From: a virus
Taxonomy: Duplodnaviria; Caudoviricetes
IMG/VR virus record: IMGVR_UViG_3300023210_000042
Location: 1-54,745 of that record
Length of the DNA stretch: 54,745 nt
Reading direction: 5' to 3' (one strand)
Below the pieces are notes generated by a model, which saw nothing but the letters and a program-made list of their open reading frames with translations, was not told the origin of the DNA and did no database searches. Every line of letters starts with the position of its first letter. Position 1 is the first letter of the stretch. Shown here in pieces: positions 19,552 to 28,961 of this stretch. A program made the position numbers and the translations under genes.

Positions 19552-20474
19552 TGGCATACTTAACAGAATATCAATATTACGAGAACAATGGAAATGCTCC
19601 TGAGGATGCTAACTGGGGGTCGTATCAATACGTAAGCTTGTATGACATAGTCAACAACTTTATGTTAATGTATGCAGGAAACCATAGCTTAGTTAACAAC
19701 GAGGAAAGATATAAGATTTTATTTCACGCAAAACGAGCTGTTCAAGAATTAAACTATGATGCATTTAAGGAATTAAAAATATTAGAGCTGGATGTATGTG
19801 ACACATTAAGATATGTACTTCCTTTAGATTATGTAAACTGGGTAAGAATATCTTTATATAAAGATGGTGTTCTTAGACCGCTTACAGAAAACATTCAAAC
19901 AAACTGGAGTGACGCATATCTTCAAGACAACAATTGTAGAATACTGTTTGACCATGATGGAAACATTTTAAAGCCCTCTACGTCAACTATCGACATGCAA
20001 AGGATAGAAGGTACTAAAAAAAGTATTTACCTCAACGAGCAAAGCCCATACAACGACAGAGAGGGGTATTGTGTAGATGGAGATTGGTATTTTGATTATG
20101 GTATAGGTGCTCAGTATGGATTAAATACTGAAACCGCAAACTTTAATCCTACGTTTAAAATAAATAAAAAGGCTGGGGTTATTAACTTCAGTTCTGATAT
20201 GGCAGGTGAGTTGTGTATATTAGAATATGTTTCTGATGGAATGGAAGGTGGTGATGATTCACAAATAAGTGTTAATAAACTATTTGAGGAATATGTTTAC
20301 GCTTATGTTCAATACGCTATATTGAATGCTAAGTTTGGTGTACAAGAATATGTTGTTGCAAGAGCAAGAAAAAGAAGCTCTGCGTTACTAAGAAACGCTA
20401 AGCTTAGAATTAGTAATATACATCCTGGTCGTTTGATTCAAAACATCAGAGGTATGGATAAGTGGATTAAGTAA
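19551..20474 (+). CDS. tail ring/tubular protein
   Basis: 307 aa; LPLDYVNWVRIS and LEYVSDG motifs; TAATG coupled; precedes the muzzle gene. Confidence 0.65.
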   Translation: MAYLTEYQYYENNGNAPEDANWGSYQYVSLYDIVNNFMLMYAGNHSLVNNEERYKILFHAKRAVQELNYDAFKELKILELDVCDTLRYVLPLDYVNWVRISLYKDGVLRPLTENIQTNWSDAYLQDNNCRILFDHDGNILKPSTSTIDMQRIEGTKKSIYLNEQSPYNDREGYCVDGDWYFDYGIGAQYGLNTETANFNPTFKINKKAGVINFSSDMAGELCILEYVSDGMEGGDDSQISVNKLFEEYVYAYVQYAILNAKFGVQEYVVARARKRSSALLRNAKLRISNIHPGRLIQNIRGMDKWIK

Positions 20475-20476
20475 GC

Positions 20477-23400
20477 ATGGCAGAAACTACTAGAAATTTT
20501 ATCGCAGGTCGAATGAACAAAAGCGTTGATGAACGCTTGATTCCTAATGGTGAGTATGTTGATGCTATGAATGTTAGGCTAGGCTCTACTGAAGAATCTG
20601 AGGTTGGTTCTCTTGAGAATACAAGAGGAAACAAGCAGTTAACATCTTTGAGCTATAATGGAGTTCCTTTAAGTGACCAAGCTAAATGTATTGGTGCTTA
20701 TGAAGATGGCCAGAGAGAAACATTATATTGGTTTGTTCATGACCCAGCAAATCTCGTTGGAATAGTAGACATGGTTGTGTCATACAACGTTCAATTAAAC
20801 CTACTAACGTATCACGTTATTACAGCAGGTGCTCTAGAGACAGTATTAAATTTTAACGAGGACTTTTTAATAACAGGTGTAAATAGGGTTGAGGATTTAT
20901 TATTTTGGACTGACAACTATAACCAACCTAGGTTTATAAATATTAAAAGAAACTATGACTCAAACTCACCTGATTTAGAAGAACAACTTTTGGTTATTAA
21001 AAAACCACCTGTTGCAGCTCCATCATTTGAGTTAACCAACCTGTCTGGTGAAGAGAACTTTATAGAAGAAAGATTCTTGACTTTTTCTTACAGATATATA
21101 TATGAGGATGGGGAGAGGTCAGCTTTATCACAGTTTACAGAGCCAGCTTTTATTCCTAAGGGATTTGATTACGCTATAGACTCAGGTTTAAATGAAGGAA
21201 TGACTAATGCCTTTAACAATGTTAGGGTTACATACAACAGTGGAGGACCTTTAGTAAAATCCATTGAGGTTGTTTTCGCAGAAACCACATCGAGTGTAAT
21301 TAAGTCTATAGAGATATTTAATAAAGAAAATCTTGGATATGCAGACAATACAGAGTATACTTTAAATTTTAACAACAGTAAAATATTCACTGTAATTAGT
21401 CCTACTCAGTTAACTAGATTGTTTGACAACGTGCCTTTAAAGGCTCAGGCTCAAACCGTAATGGGCAATAGATTAATTTATGGTAACTATGTTGATGGAT
21501 ATGACTTATTGGATTTAAACACGAATCCAATACGTTTAGAATATTACTGCGAGCTTATATCAGAGGTTATATCTGAAAATCAAATACCTGATAGAACTGA
21601 TAGTTTTAACTATACTATAGATACTAGCAATAACGTAACAAATGCTGCAGTCTTCTATGACTTTACGGATGTAGAATTAGTTAATGGCGCTTCTTTAAAT
21701 TTTGAAATAAGATATAACCATTTTGGTTTTACAGGACAACAGCCTTTCCCTACTGAGACATCACCGCTTATAACACTTGAATTTACTTTCCTTCTTTCTC
21801 AAGATTTTAATAGTGTTTATGAGTTATCAACAGACCCTGCGTTTGTAGAGACTATAGGTACAGCAGCAAGCATCCTTCCTGTATATGACCCAGTTCCAGG
21901 GAATGAAACTTCCTGTGATGGAACAACTGTAACGGATGAATGGAACTGTTTACTGCTGGCAAACTTAGATAATTTTTCAAAATTTGAAAGCGGCATAACT
22001 GGCGCTGGTCAGCCAATACAAATAATCTCAAGTCCAGGTAGTCAAGAAATAGGTTTTGTTGTTCCAGCGATGGCTTATGTAGATGATTTAGCTACACCCA
22101 CTCAAACTGTTTATGAGTATTATAGTGTTTCATTTGCTGAATTAACCTACCTTGGTATAGGAAATCCTAAAAGTCTTCACAGTGATAGAGACTATGAATT
22201 GGGTATTGTTTATATGGATGAGTTTGGTCGCTCTTCTACAGCTCTCGTAAGCCCAAACAATTCAATACATGTTGGGTGTTCTGCGTCTACTTCCCAAAAC
22301 GAAATACAGGTAGTAATACCACCTTCTCAATTAGCACCTGCATGGGCTGATAGATATAAATTGGTTATAAAGCCAGATTTTGAGGATTATAACACAATTT
22401 TTTCAAACATATTTTTTGATGAGCTATCAACCTCTTCTACTTACTTTTTATTAGAAGGAGAGAATGCAAGAAAGGTTGAAGAGGGAGATAGGCTTAGGGT
22501 AAAAGCAGACACAGATGGACCTACCAGTCGTTGTCAATACGCCACTGTTCTACAGAAAGAAGCTAAGATTGAAGACTTTATAGACGTGTCAGATGGAGAG
22601 GGAAATTCTGTTACAGTCCCAGCCGGAACATACATGAAAATTATTCCAAATGATTTTCAGGTAGAAGCAGGTGACCTCCCTTCTGTGTTATACGGACAAA
22701 GAAGTGCATCTCAAAGGAGTGGAAACAGTCATCCAAGGCTTGCGTATCCATGCGGTATAGAAGACCCTAACAATCCAGGTCAGTATATAGATTACACAAT
22801 CCCTGCTGGTTCAAGGATACGTATGAGAATTACATTTAGAAGAGCTGGAAGGTCTAGCGGTGGATGTGATGGAAGAACGTATGAATTAGATTTAAAACTA
22901 ACATCATCACAAGATTATGATAACTTTAAAGAGTGGTTTGATGGAGATAATATACAGTCTAGATTAGATAATGGAGCGGTTAATGTTTCTAATGGTCCTG
23001 ACTGTCCACCACCATACTTTCAGAATTACTACAATCCTGCTATACAAACAGGAGCTAGTACTAGTGATGCTTTAGGAGCAATGCCACAGGATAGGTGTGT
23101 GTACCAATACCAGTTTTTAAGAGCAGCGAATAACAATTTGCTTTCTCTAGGATTAATAGGCACAAACTCATGTAGAGGTTCTAAGCATTCTAATAGTAGG
23201 AGAGCAAAAATTTACGCAAATATAGAAGTTTTTAGAGCTGAAAATACTATAGTTTTTGAAACAGAGCCAACAGATGCTACTCCAGATTTATGGTATGAAT
23301 CTGCAGATGTATACAATATAGATAAAACAACCGGTAGACATGAGGGCAATATACAAAACCAAACAGGGTCTCAGTCTGCTATTGTGTTAACAGATTTCTT

Positions 23401-24913
23401 TAACTGTTTTACTTTTGGCAATGGCGTTGAAAGTTATAGAATAAGAGATTCAATTGTAGGAAAAGAATTTTCGTTAGGAGAAAGAACAACCTCCACATCT
23501 GAATTAGAATTCAAGCAAGCACATCGCTTTGCTGATTTAACATATAGCGGTGTTTATAATAACGAAAGTAATGTAAACAAGCTAAACGAATTTAACTTAG
23601 GATTATTAAACTTCAAACCTTGTGAAGATATATATGGCCCAATTGAAAAACTTCATGGAAGAGAAACCGATATACTAGTATTACAGGAGGATAAAATATC
23701 CTATGTATTAGCTGGTAAAAACCTATTAAGCGATTCAGCAGGTGGAGGACAGATAGCTTCTGTGCCTGAGGTTTTAGGAACTCAGATAGCTAGAATAGAA
23801 GAATATGGTATTTCAAGAAACCCAGAAAGTTTTTGTTCTTGGGGTTATAATAAATATTTTACTGACGCTAAACGAGGCGCAGTAATTATGCTTACAGGAG
23901 GTGCAGGACAAAACGAACAGCTCACAGTTATTTCTGAATCTGGAATGAGGTCTTGGTTTAGAGATAGATTTATCTCTGGTCTAAACACTCAAAAGATTGG
24001 TGGGTATGACCCATACATGAATGAGTATGTTTTAAGTATAAATGACGAGGAGCTACCATCTGAAGAATCTTGTATTGCCTGCGGAATTGAAAGGACTTTT
24101 ACTTTCCCAGAGGATAAAACCATTGAGTATTGTATAGACCTAGGGTTGTTAGTAGGAAGCACAGACATAGCAATTCTGGCAAGTGATTCATCAGGAAGCA
24201 GTTTAGAGATTACGTACAATGGGGTAGCTGTTGTACCAACAACTGTTATTGCCGATGGAAATAGCGGTTTTACCTTTGATAAAAACCTTGTTAGTGAATC
24301 AGAGGCTCAGGTTGTATTAACAGGAAAAGCAGGAGCTACTATACAGATTACTATTAAGTGCCCTGTTGCTGAGGTTATTACTGTAACTCAGGTGTGCATA
24401 ACAAACTCAACTGACGTTGGCGAGACAATACACAACGAGTACAGATGGGTGGACGGAACATATTTATCTCCATTGCATTCTGAGCAAGTAACATTTATTG
24501 ATGGAACTGATTTTATTATTATCAGCCAGTTTGAAGCTGTTACTGCTCCGCAAGGCGCAGGAGTTATACCAGCTGATAACGCATCGGTTCAAGTTATTTG
24601 CAACAAAAGAACTACAGATAGTTTTGTTTTTGAGCCAACTCAAAATGAGTTTTATGCTCTACGAACTAATGTTCAATACCCAGCCACACCAGCCGGTATA
24701 CTTTCTTTAATTTCTGCCGCAGGCTCACCTCTACCATTAGATGTTACTCTTGCACCAGGCCAATACACTGGAGACTATACAATGGCAACAACAGGAAATC
24801 AGTTGTATTTAGTATACGATTATAGACAACCAACAGAAGAAGTTTTATGCTACGGAACATCAGACTTAAACGATGTCTGCTGTGACTGTACAGACCCAAC
24901 AGACCCAACTTAA
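20477..24913 (+). CDS. tail muzzle/stabilisation protein (P22 gp10-like), N-terminal part with Cys-rich extension
   Basis: F..G.MNKSVDERLIPNGEY.DA.N, LFWTDNYNQPR, NRLIYGNY and YGIS.NPESF...YFTD..RGAV beta-propeller motifs. Confidence 0.75.
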   Translation: MAETTRNFIAGRMNKSVDERLIPNGEYVDAMNVRLGSTEESEVGSLENTRGNKQLTSLSYNGVPLSDQAKCIGAYEDGQRETLYWFVHDPANLVGIVDMVVSYNVQLNLLTYHVITAGALETVLNFNEDFLITGVNRVEDLLFWTDNYNQPRFINIKRNYDSNSPDLEEQLLVIKKPPVAAPSFELTNLSGEENFIEERFLTFSYRYIYEDGERSALSQFTEPAFIPKGFDYAIDSGLNEGMTNAFNNVRVTYNSGGPLVKSIEVVFAETTSSVIKSIEIFNKENLGYADNTEYTLNFNNSKIFTVISPTQLTRLFDNVPLKAQAQTVMGNRLIYGNYVDGYDLLDLNTNPIRLEYYCELISEVISENQIPDRTDSFNYTIDTSNNVTNAAVFYDFTDVELVNGASLNFEIRYNHFGFTGQQPFPTETSPLITLEFTFLLSQDFNSVYELSTDPAFVETIGTAASILPVYDPVPGNETSCDGTTVTDEWNCLLLANLDNFSKFESGITGAGQPIQIISSPGSQEIGFVVPAMAYVDDLATPTQTVYEYYSVSFAELTYLGIGNPKSLHSDRDYELGIVYMDEFGRSSTALVSPNNSIHVGCSASTSQNEIQVVIPPSQLAPAWADRYKLVIKPDFEDYNTIFSNIFFDELSTSSTYFLLEGENARKVEEGDRLRVKADTDGPTSRCQYATVLQKEAKIEDFIDVSDGEGNSVTVPAGTYMKIIPNDFQVEAGDLPSVLYGQRSASQRSGNSHPRLAYPCGIEDPNNPGQYIDYTIPAGSRIRMRITFRRAGRSSGGCDGRTYELDLKLTSSQDYDNFKEWFDGDNIQSRLDNGAVNVSNGPDCPPPYFQNYYNPAIQTGASTSDALGAMPQDRCVYQYQFLRAANNNLLSLGLIGTNSCRGSKHSNSRRAKIYANIEVFRAENTIVFETEPTDATPDLWYESADVYNIDKTTGRHEGNIQNQTGSQSAIVLTDFFNCFTFGNGVESYRIRDSIVGKEFSLGERTTSTSELEFKQAHRFADLTYSGVYNNESNVNKLNEFNLGLLNFKPCEDIYGPIEKLHGRETDILVLQEDKISYVLAGKNLLSDSAGGGQIASVPEVLGTQIARIEEYGISRNPESFCSWGYNKYFTDAKRGAVIMLTGGAGQNEQLTVISESGMRSWFRDRFISGLNTQKIGGYDPYMNEYVLSINDEELPSEESCIACGIERTFTFPEDKTIEYCIDLGLLVGSTDIAILASDSSGSSLEITYNGVAVVPTTVIADGNSGFTFDKNLVSESEAQVVLTGKAGATIQITIKCPVAEVITVTQVCITNSTDVGETIHNEYRWVDGTYLSPLHSEQVTFIDGTDFIIISQFEAVTAPQGAGVIPADNASVQVICNKRTTDSFVFEPTQNEFYALRTNVQYPATPAGILSLISAAGSPLPLDVTLAPGQYTGDYTMATTGNQLYLVYDYRQPTEEVLCYGTSDLNDVCCDCTDPTDPT

Positions 24914-24924
24914 AAATAAATAGA

Positions 24925-26691
24925 ATGGCAGTATCAGGAACATATTATTTAAACGGACCAGACTTGGCAACTTCAACGGCAATCTTTGCTGATGAGGATA
25001 TGAATGTCTGTGCGGCAGATGGACTTTATTCAAATGGTATAATAGTTCGTGAGTTACTTAATTGCGTTTTATTACCTGCACAAACATGCCCACAATGTGC
25101 TTTACCTTGTGGCCAGGTGGGTGGTGAGTCTTCTAATATTAGGGGAACTTTCTTGGGTCAGATTAGTGGTGGTACAGATGTAGGTGCGGTAGTGATTTAC
25201 TCTATTGTTGGAAACACAATTCCTGATGGAATATTAAGTACATATAATGGACAGACATATAATCAGCTTACATATATAGGTAACAACCAAGGGCCTGTTG
25301 GATTAAATACTCCATTAGGACAGCCAACTTATTATGGTTCACCTGACAACACGCCTGTAAGCACTTCAGCACTTCCAATATATACGATACAGTCTAATGG
25401 AACATACCTTGATACTGGAAATATTCAACCGATTACAGTTAACGCAAATCAGATAGACTTAAGGGGTGGGGGAACTAGAGTTTATACTCAGGTTTTTCCT
25501 AAAAACTCAGCTAGCGTTAGCCAAATCAATGTTGATTTTTTTGGGCCGATACAAGGAACATTTTTTTCTTTTCAAACAGACTGTCCTATTCAGCTAGATA
25601 GTTTTTTAGGGTCTCCAGTTCAGACAGATGACACATGCGCTGATGCCACAGTAACTTATTATTTTGCACAAAATGCAACCGTTACATCAATTCAACCAAC
25701 TGTCTTTGTACCTGAGACACTTACTACCCCAGGGATTGGGAACTATGTATTTCTAGATGACGGTGCTGGTACAAAAATTAACGATACAGCAACTAGTCAG
25801 TTTGTAATATTAGCAGACAGTACATATATTGAGATACAGTATGGTATTGTTATATCCACAGGGACGTGTACTCCAGCAGGGCTTCCATGTGGAGGTACTT
25901 TGAACGCAGGTGGAGGAACAGGGTCTTTTACATTAGATGTTGACACAGGGTCTACAGCGGCAGATGTTGGTGCTATGGTTGTTTACTTTTGGCCTCAAAA
26001 TGTCCCAGATGGTATATTAGTTACTTTTGATAATAGCACTTATAATGAATTATCCTCTCCTGTAGATGGATATAAAGCTGCACCAACAGGATTAGTTACT
26101 TACGTTGGATTAAGTACAGATGGATGTTTTAATACTCTTGTTCCAAACAGCCCTTACAACTCACCTCCAGCTAACGTGCTTAGCACTTACGACCCAGTAT
26201 CACAACAGTTTCTTGTAACTGGTACACGAAACTATACTGTTGTTGCTAGTCAATTACAACCAACAACAGGTACATCACCAGGGTATTGCGCTATGGTTAT
26301 TCCAAAACCTGCTTTACCAGTTAGTGGTAATAATCAAATGACGATAGATGTATATGGTCCTTGTGGAACATCTTGGAATTTAGACTTATCTTTAGCTTGT
26401 CCAGGGCAACTACCAAGTGTTCAGGCCAGCGCAAATCAAGGCGCAAGTACTGTCTGTCAGCCAGTAACACAGACAATATATTATAATTACAATTATAATG
26501 ATAGAGCAGGAACAATTAATCCTCCTCAGTTTGACCCTAGGGTTCATAACTTTGTCTTTAGTGACCAGTTTGCAACTACTCCATTAACAGCAGGAAATTA
26601 TACAGTCAATGGAATATCAGGTCCGTTCATTATGACAGTAGACGCTAATGGTGTTGTAAGCGCTATAACAACTTGCGCACCACCAACTTAA
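24925..26691 (+). CDS. Cys/Thr/Pro-rich virion surface protein with internal duplication
   Basis: 588 aa; two copies of LPCG...DVGA.V.Y...PDGIL.T...TYN.L. Confidence 0.65.
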   Translation: MAVSGTYYLNGPDLATSTAIFADEDMNVCAADGLYSNGIIVRELLNCVLLPAQTCPQCALPCGQVGGESSNIRGTFLGQISGGTDVGAVVIYSIVGNTIPDGILSTYNGQTYNQLTYIGNNQGPVGLNTPLGQPTYYGSPDNTPVSTSALPIYTIQSNGTYLDTGNIQPITVNANQIDLRGGGTRVYTQVFPKNSASVSQINVDFFGPIQGTFFSFQTDCPIQLDSFLGSPVQTDDTCADATVTYYFAQNATVTSIQPTVFVPETLTTPGIGNYVFLDDGAGTKINDTATSQFVILADSTYIEIQYGIVISTGTCTPAGLPCGGTLNAGGGTGSFTLDVDTGSTAADVGAMVVYFWPQNVPDGILVTFDNSTYNELSSPVDGYKAAPTGLVTYVGLSTDGCFNTLVPNSPYNSPPANVLSTYDPVSQQFLVTGTRNYTVVASQLQPTTGTSPGYCAMVIPKPALPVSGNNQMTIDVYGPCGTSWNLDLSLACPGQLPSVQASANQGASTVCQPVTQTIYYNYNYNDRAGTINPPQFDPRVHNFVFSDQFATTPLTAGNYTVNGISGPFIMTVDANGVVSAITTCAPPT

Positions 26692-26702
26692 AAAACAAAA
26701 AC

Positions 26703-27506
26703 ATGGATAACTACACATTAACATATAGCGGTTCAGCACAGGGGTGGCCTTCTTTTTATTCCTATTACCCAGAATTTATAAAGGGTATGAATCAGTTTCT
26801 ATACACCTTTAAGGGTGGGGATTTATACCAGCACAATGACGCAAGTGTTCCAAGAAATAATTTTTACGGAATACAAGGCGAGTCTAAAATAACTAGTGTT
26901 TTTAATGAATCGGCTTTAGATAACAAAAAGTTTAAAACAATTGCTCTAGAAGGGGATGACGCATGGAGTGGTACTTTTATTACTGACCTGCAAACAACTG
27001 GATTTATAGACTCAACTTATTTTGTGCAGAAGGAATCTGATTGGTTTGCGTTTATAAGAAACAACACAGAGTTACCTGACAATACACCTCAGCTTCCTTT
27101 ACGCTCACTAACAGGTATAGGGGTTAGTGATAACGTTGTAATTGCAGGTACTGGAGCAACCATTACATTTATACCTCCATCTAGTGTTGGTACGATTTTA
27201 TCAAACGGAGATTTATTTTACTTTGGTATTGCAAACCTTCAGGGTAATTATGTTCCTAATTTAGCAGGGGAAGTTGTCTCTGTGTTAAAGCAAAACGATG
27301 GAACTTCCATAGTAACTATAGACACTTCAGTATTAGGTAGTGTTCCTATACCAGGGCTAAATGAGTATTTTTTCTTTATTAAAAACTCTATTGCAGAGTC
27401 TCAAGGGGTGTTAGGACATTTCTGTGAGTTTACACTTACTAATGATTCTACCTCACCTACTGAGTTGTTTGCTGTAAAAAGTCAGGCATTCAAAAGTTTC
27501 CCTTAA
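26703..27506 (+). CDS. C-terminal module of the muzzle/stabilisation protein, encoded separately
   Basis: TLTYS...GWPSFYSYYPE...RNNFYG...VFN...K.FKTIALEG. Start placed at ATG 26703 rather than 26673. Confidence 0.65.
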   Translation: MDNYTLTYSGSAQGWPSFYSYYPEFIKGMNQFLYTFKGGDLYQHNDASVPRNNFYGIQGESKITSVFNESALDNKKFKTIALEGDDAWSGTFITDLQTTGFIDSTYFVQKESDWFAFIRNNTELPDNTPQLPLRSLTGIGVSDNVVIAGTGATITFIPPSSVGTILSNGDLFYFGIANLQGNYVPNLAGEVVSVLKQNDGTSIVTIDTSVLGSVPIPGLNEYFFFIKNSIAESQGVLGHFCEFTLTNDSTSPTELFAVKSQAFKSFP

Positions 27507-27522
27507 AATTCATATCTTTGTA
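27504..27522 (+). promoter_or_regulatory. putative late promoter TAAAATTCATATCTTTGTA
   Basis: Identical to 5314-5332; upstream of the cargo-protein genes. Confidence 0.65.
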
Positions 27523-27528
27523 AAAGTT

Positions 27529-28056
27529 ATGGGTATATTAAGTATATTTAAAAGAAAAAAAAATAAGCCTGAGGAAATATTAGATTACGTCCACCAAAAC
27601 AGGGGACTTCTTTGGGAGAATATTAATGAATTTAAAGAAAAACTTATAGCTCACGAAGGTACAGTAAAACATCATACGCCAGAAATGGAGAAGATGATGC
27701 CTGTGAATCATCATTTAAAAGATGGGTTATATACTAGAGAAATATTTATGCCTAAGGGCACACTAGTTGTTAGCTTTATTCATAAACAGAATCATCCTTC
27801 TTTTTTTTTAAAAGGAGAGATGTCAGTTTTACTAGACACAGGTGAAGTGAAAAGAATAAAAGCGCCAATGAAAGTAATGACTGAGATAGGAACACAGCGA
27901 GTTGCTTATACACATGAAGATACAACTTGGGTTTGTGTTTATAGAACAGACGCTAAAACAATAAAAGACGCTGAGGCAGAGGTTTATACAGAAGATTATA
28001 AAGAACTACCTGAGCATGTTATATTAAATAAAAAATTATTATGTCAGGAGCAATAG
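27529..28056 (+). CDS. cupin-like beta-barrel protein
   Basis: HHLKDGLYTREIFMPKG...IHKQNH.SFFLKGEMSV...GTQRVAYTHEDT double-stranded beta-helix pattern. Confidence 0.6.
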   Translation: MGILSIFKRKKNKPEEILDYVHQNRGLLWENINEFKEKLIAHEGTVKHHTPEMEKMMPVNHHLKDGLYTREIFMPKGTLVVSFIHKQNHPSFFLKGEMSVLLDTGEVKRIKAPMKVMTEIGTQRVAYTHEDTTWVCVYRTDAKTIKDAEAEVYTEDYKELPEHVILNKKLLCQEQ

Positions 28057-28946
28057 CAGGCTTAGCAATATCTGTAGGGACAACCGCAATGAGCTTTATA
28101 AATGCCGGTAAACAAAAAAGAAAACAGCAAGATGCTGATAGAAAAGCTGCAATGGCGATGGCTGAGGTAGAGAAAGAGCTTACAAAAAACGAATATAAAG
28201 CTTTGTCTTTGGACCAAACGATATATGAGCAAACGCAAGCTACTTTGGGTGCTCAGATAAAAACAGAAATGGAAGCCTTAAGAGAGGGTGACCAGCGTGG
28301 CGTTTTAGCAGGTTCTCAAAGAGTTCAGGAAGGAACAGTTCAGTCCTCTGGCGCAATAAGAGCTGACCAAGGGCAGAAATTAGACGAGCTAGATAAACTT
28401 GTTGCTGATGAAGAAACTCGTAAGAGTGATATTAAAATGCAACTAAAACTAGGTGATGTAGCCGGTGCACAGCAGGCTTCAGCTGAAGCATCACAAGCAG
28501 CTAACCAATTAAAAATGCAAGGTTTTCAAGGTGTTGGTAATGTTTTACAGCAAGGTCTTGGGATGGTAAAGACGTATGGAAAGAGTGCAGAAGCTAAAGA
28601 TGTAATAGGTATGCAGCGAGAGTTTGCTAAAGGCCAGAAAGCAGACTACTTAGCAGGGACTGGTGCTTTTGCTGGGCAAGGTCCTAAAACAAATAGGGAG
28701 TACAGACAGAACTTAAAGCCAATGATGAATCAAAAATTTCAACAGGCTGTAGGTGGGTTATCTTTTACTGGTGACCAGTTTTCACAGTTCGGAAATATAG
28801 GTCAGCTTGGAGGTCTAGGACAAGGTGAATTTTCTAATCTTGATTTCCAACAACTAGGAGGTTTGCAAGGAGCAGAATTTATGGACCAGCTAATGCAGAT
28901 GACTCCAGAACAAAGAAGGATGCTTAAGCAGCAGATGGGCTTTTAA
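28041..28946 (+). CDS. internal virion (ejection/cargo) protein
   Basis: Hydrophobic N-terminus, A/Q/G-rich helical body; first of three cargo genes. Confidence 0.6.
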   Translation: MSGAIAGLAISVGTTAMSFINAGKQKRKQQDADRKAAMAMAEVEKELTKNEYKALSLDQTIYEQTQATLGAQIKTEMEALREGDQRGVLAGSQRVQEGTVQSSGAIRADQGQKLDELDKLVADEETRKSDIKMQLKLGDVAGAQQASAEASQAANQLKMQGFQGVGNVLQQGLGMVKTYGKSAEAKDVIGMQREFAKGQKADYLAGTGAFAGQGPKTNREYRQNLKPMMNQKFQQAVGGLSFTGDQFSQFGNIGQLGGLGQGEFSNLDFQQLGGLQGAEFMDQLMQMTPEQRRMLKQQMGF

Positions 28947-28961
28947 TAAAACAATAGTTAA

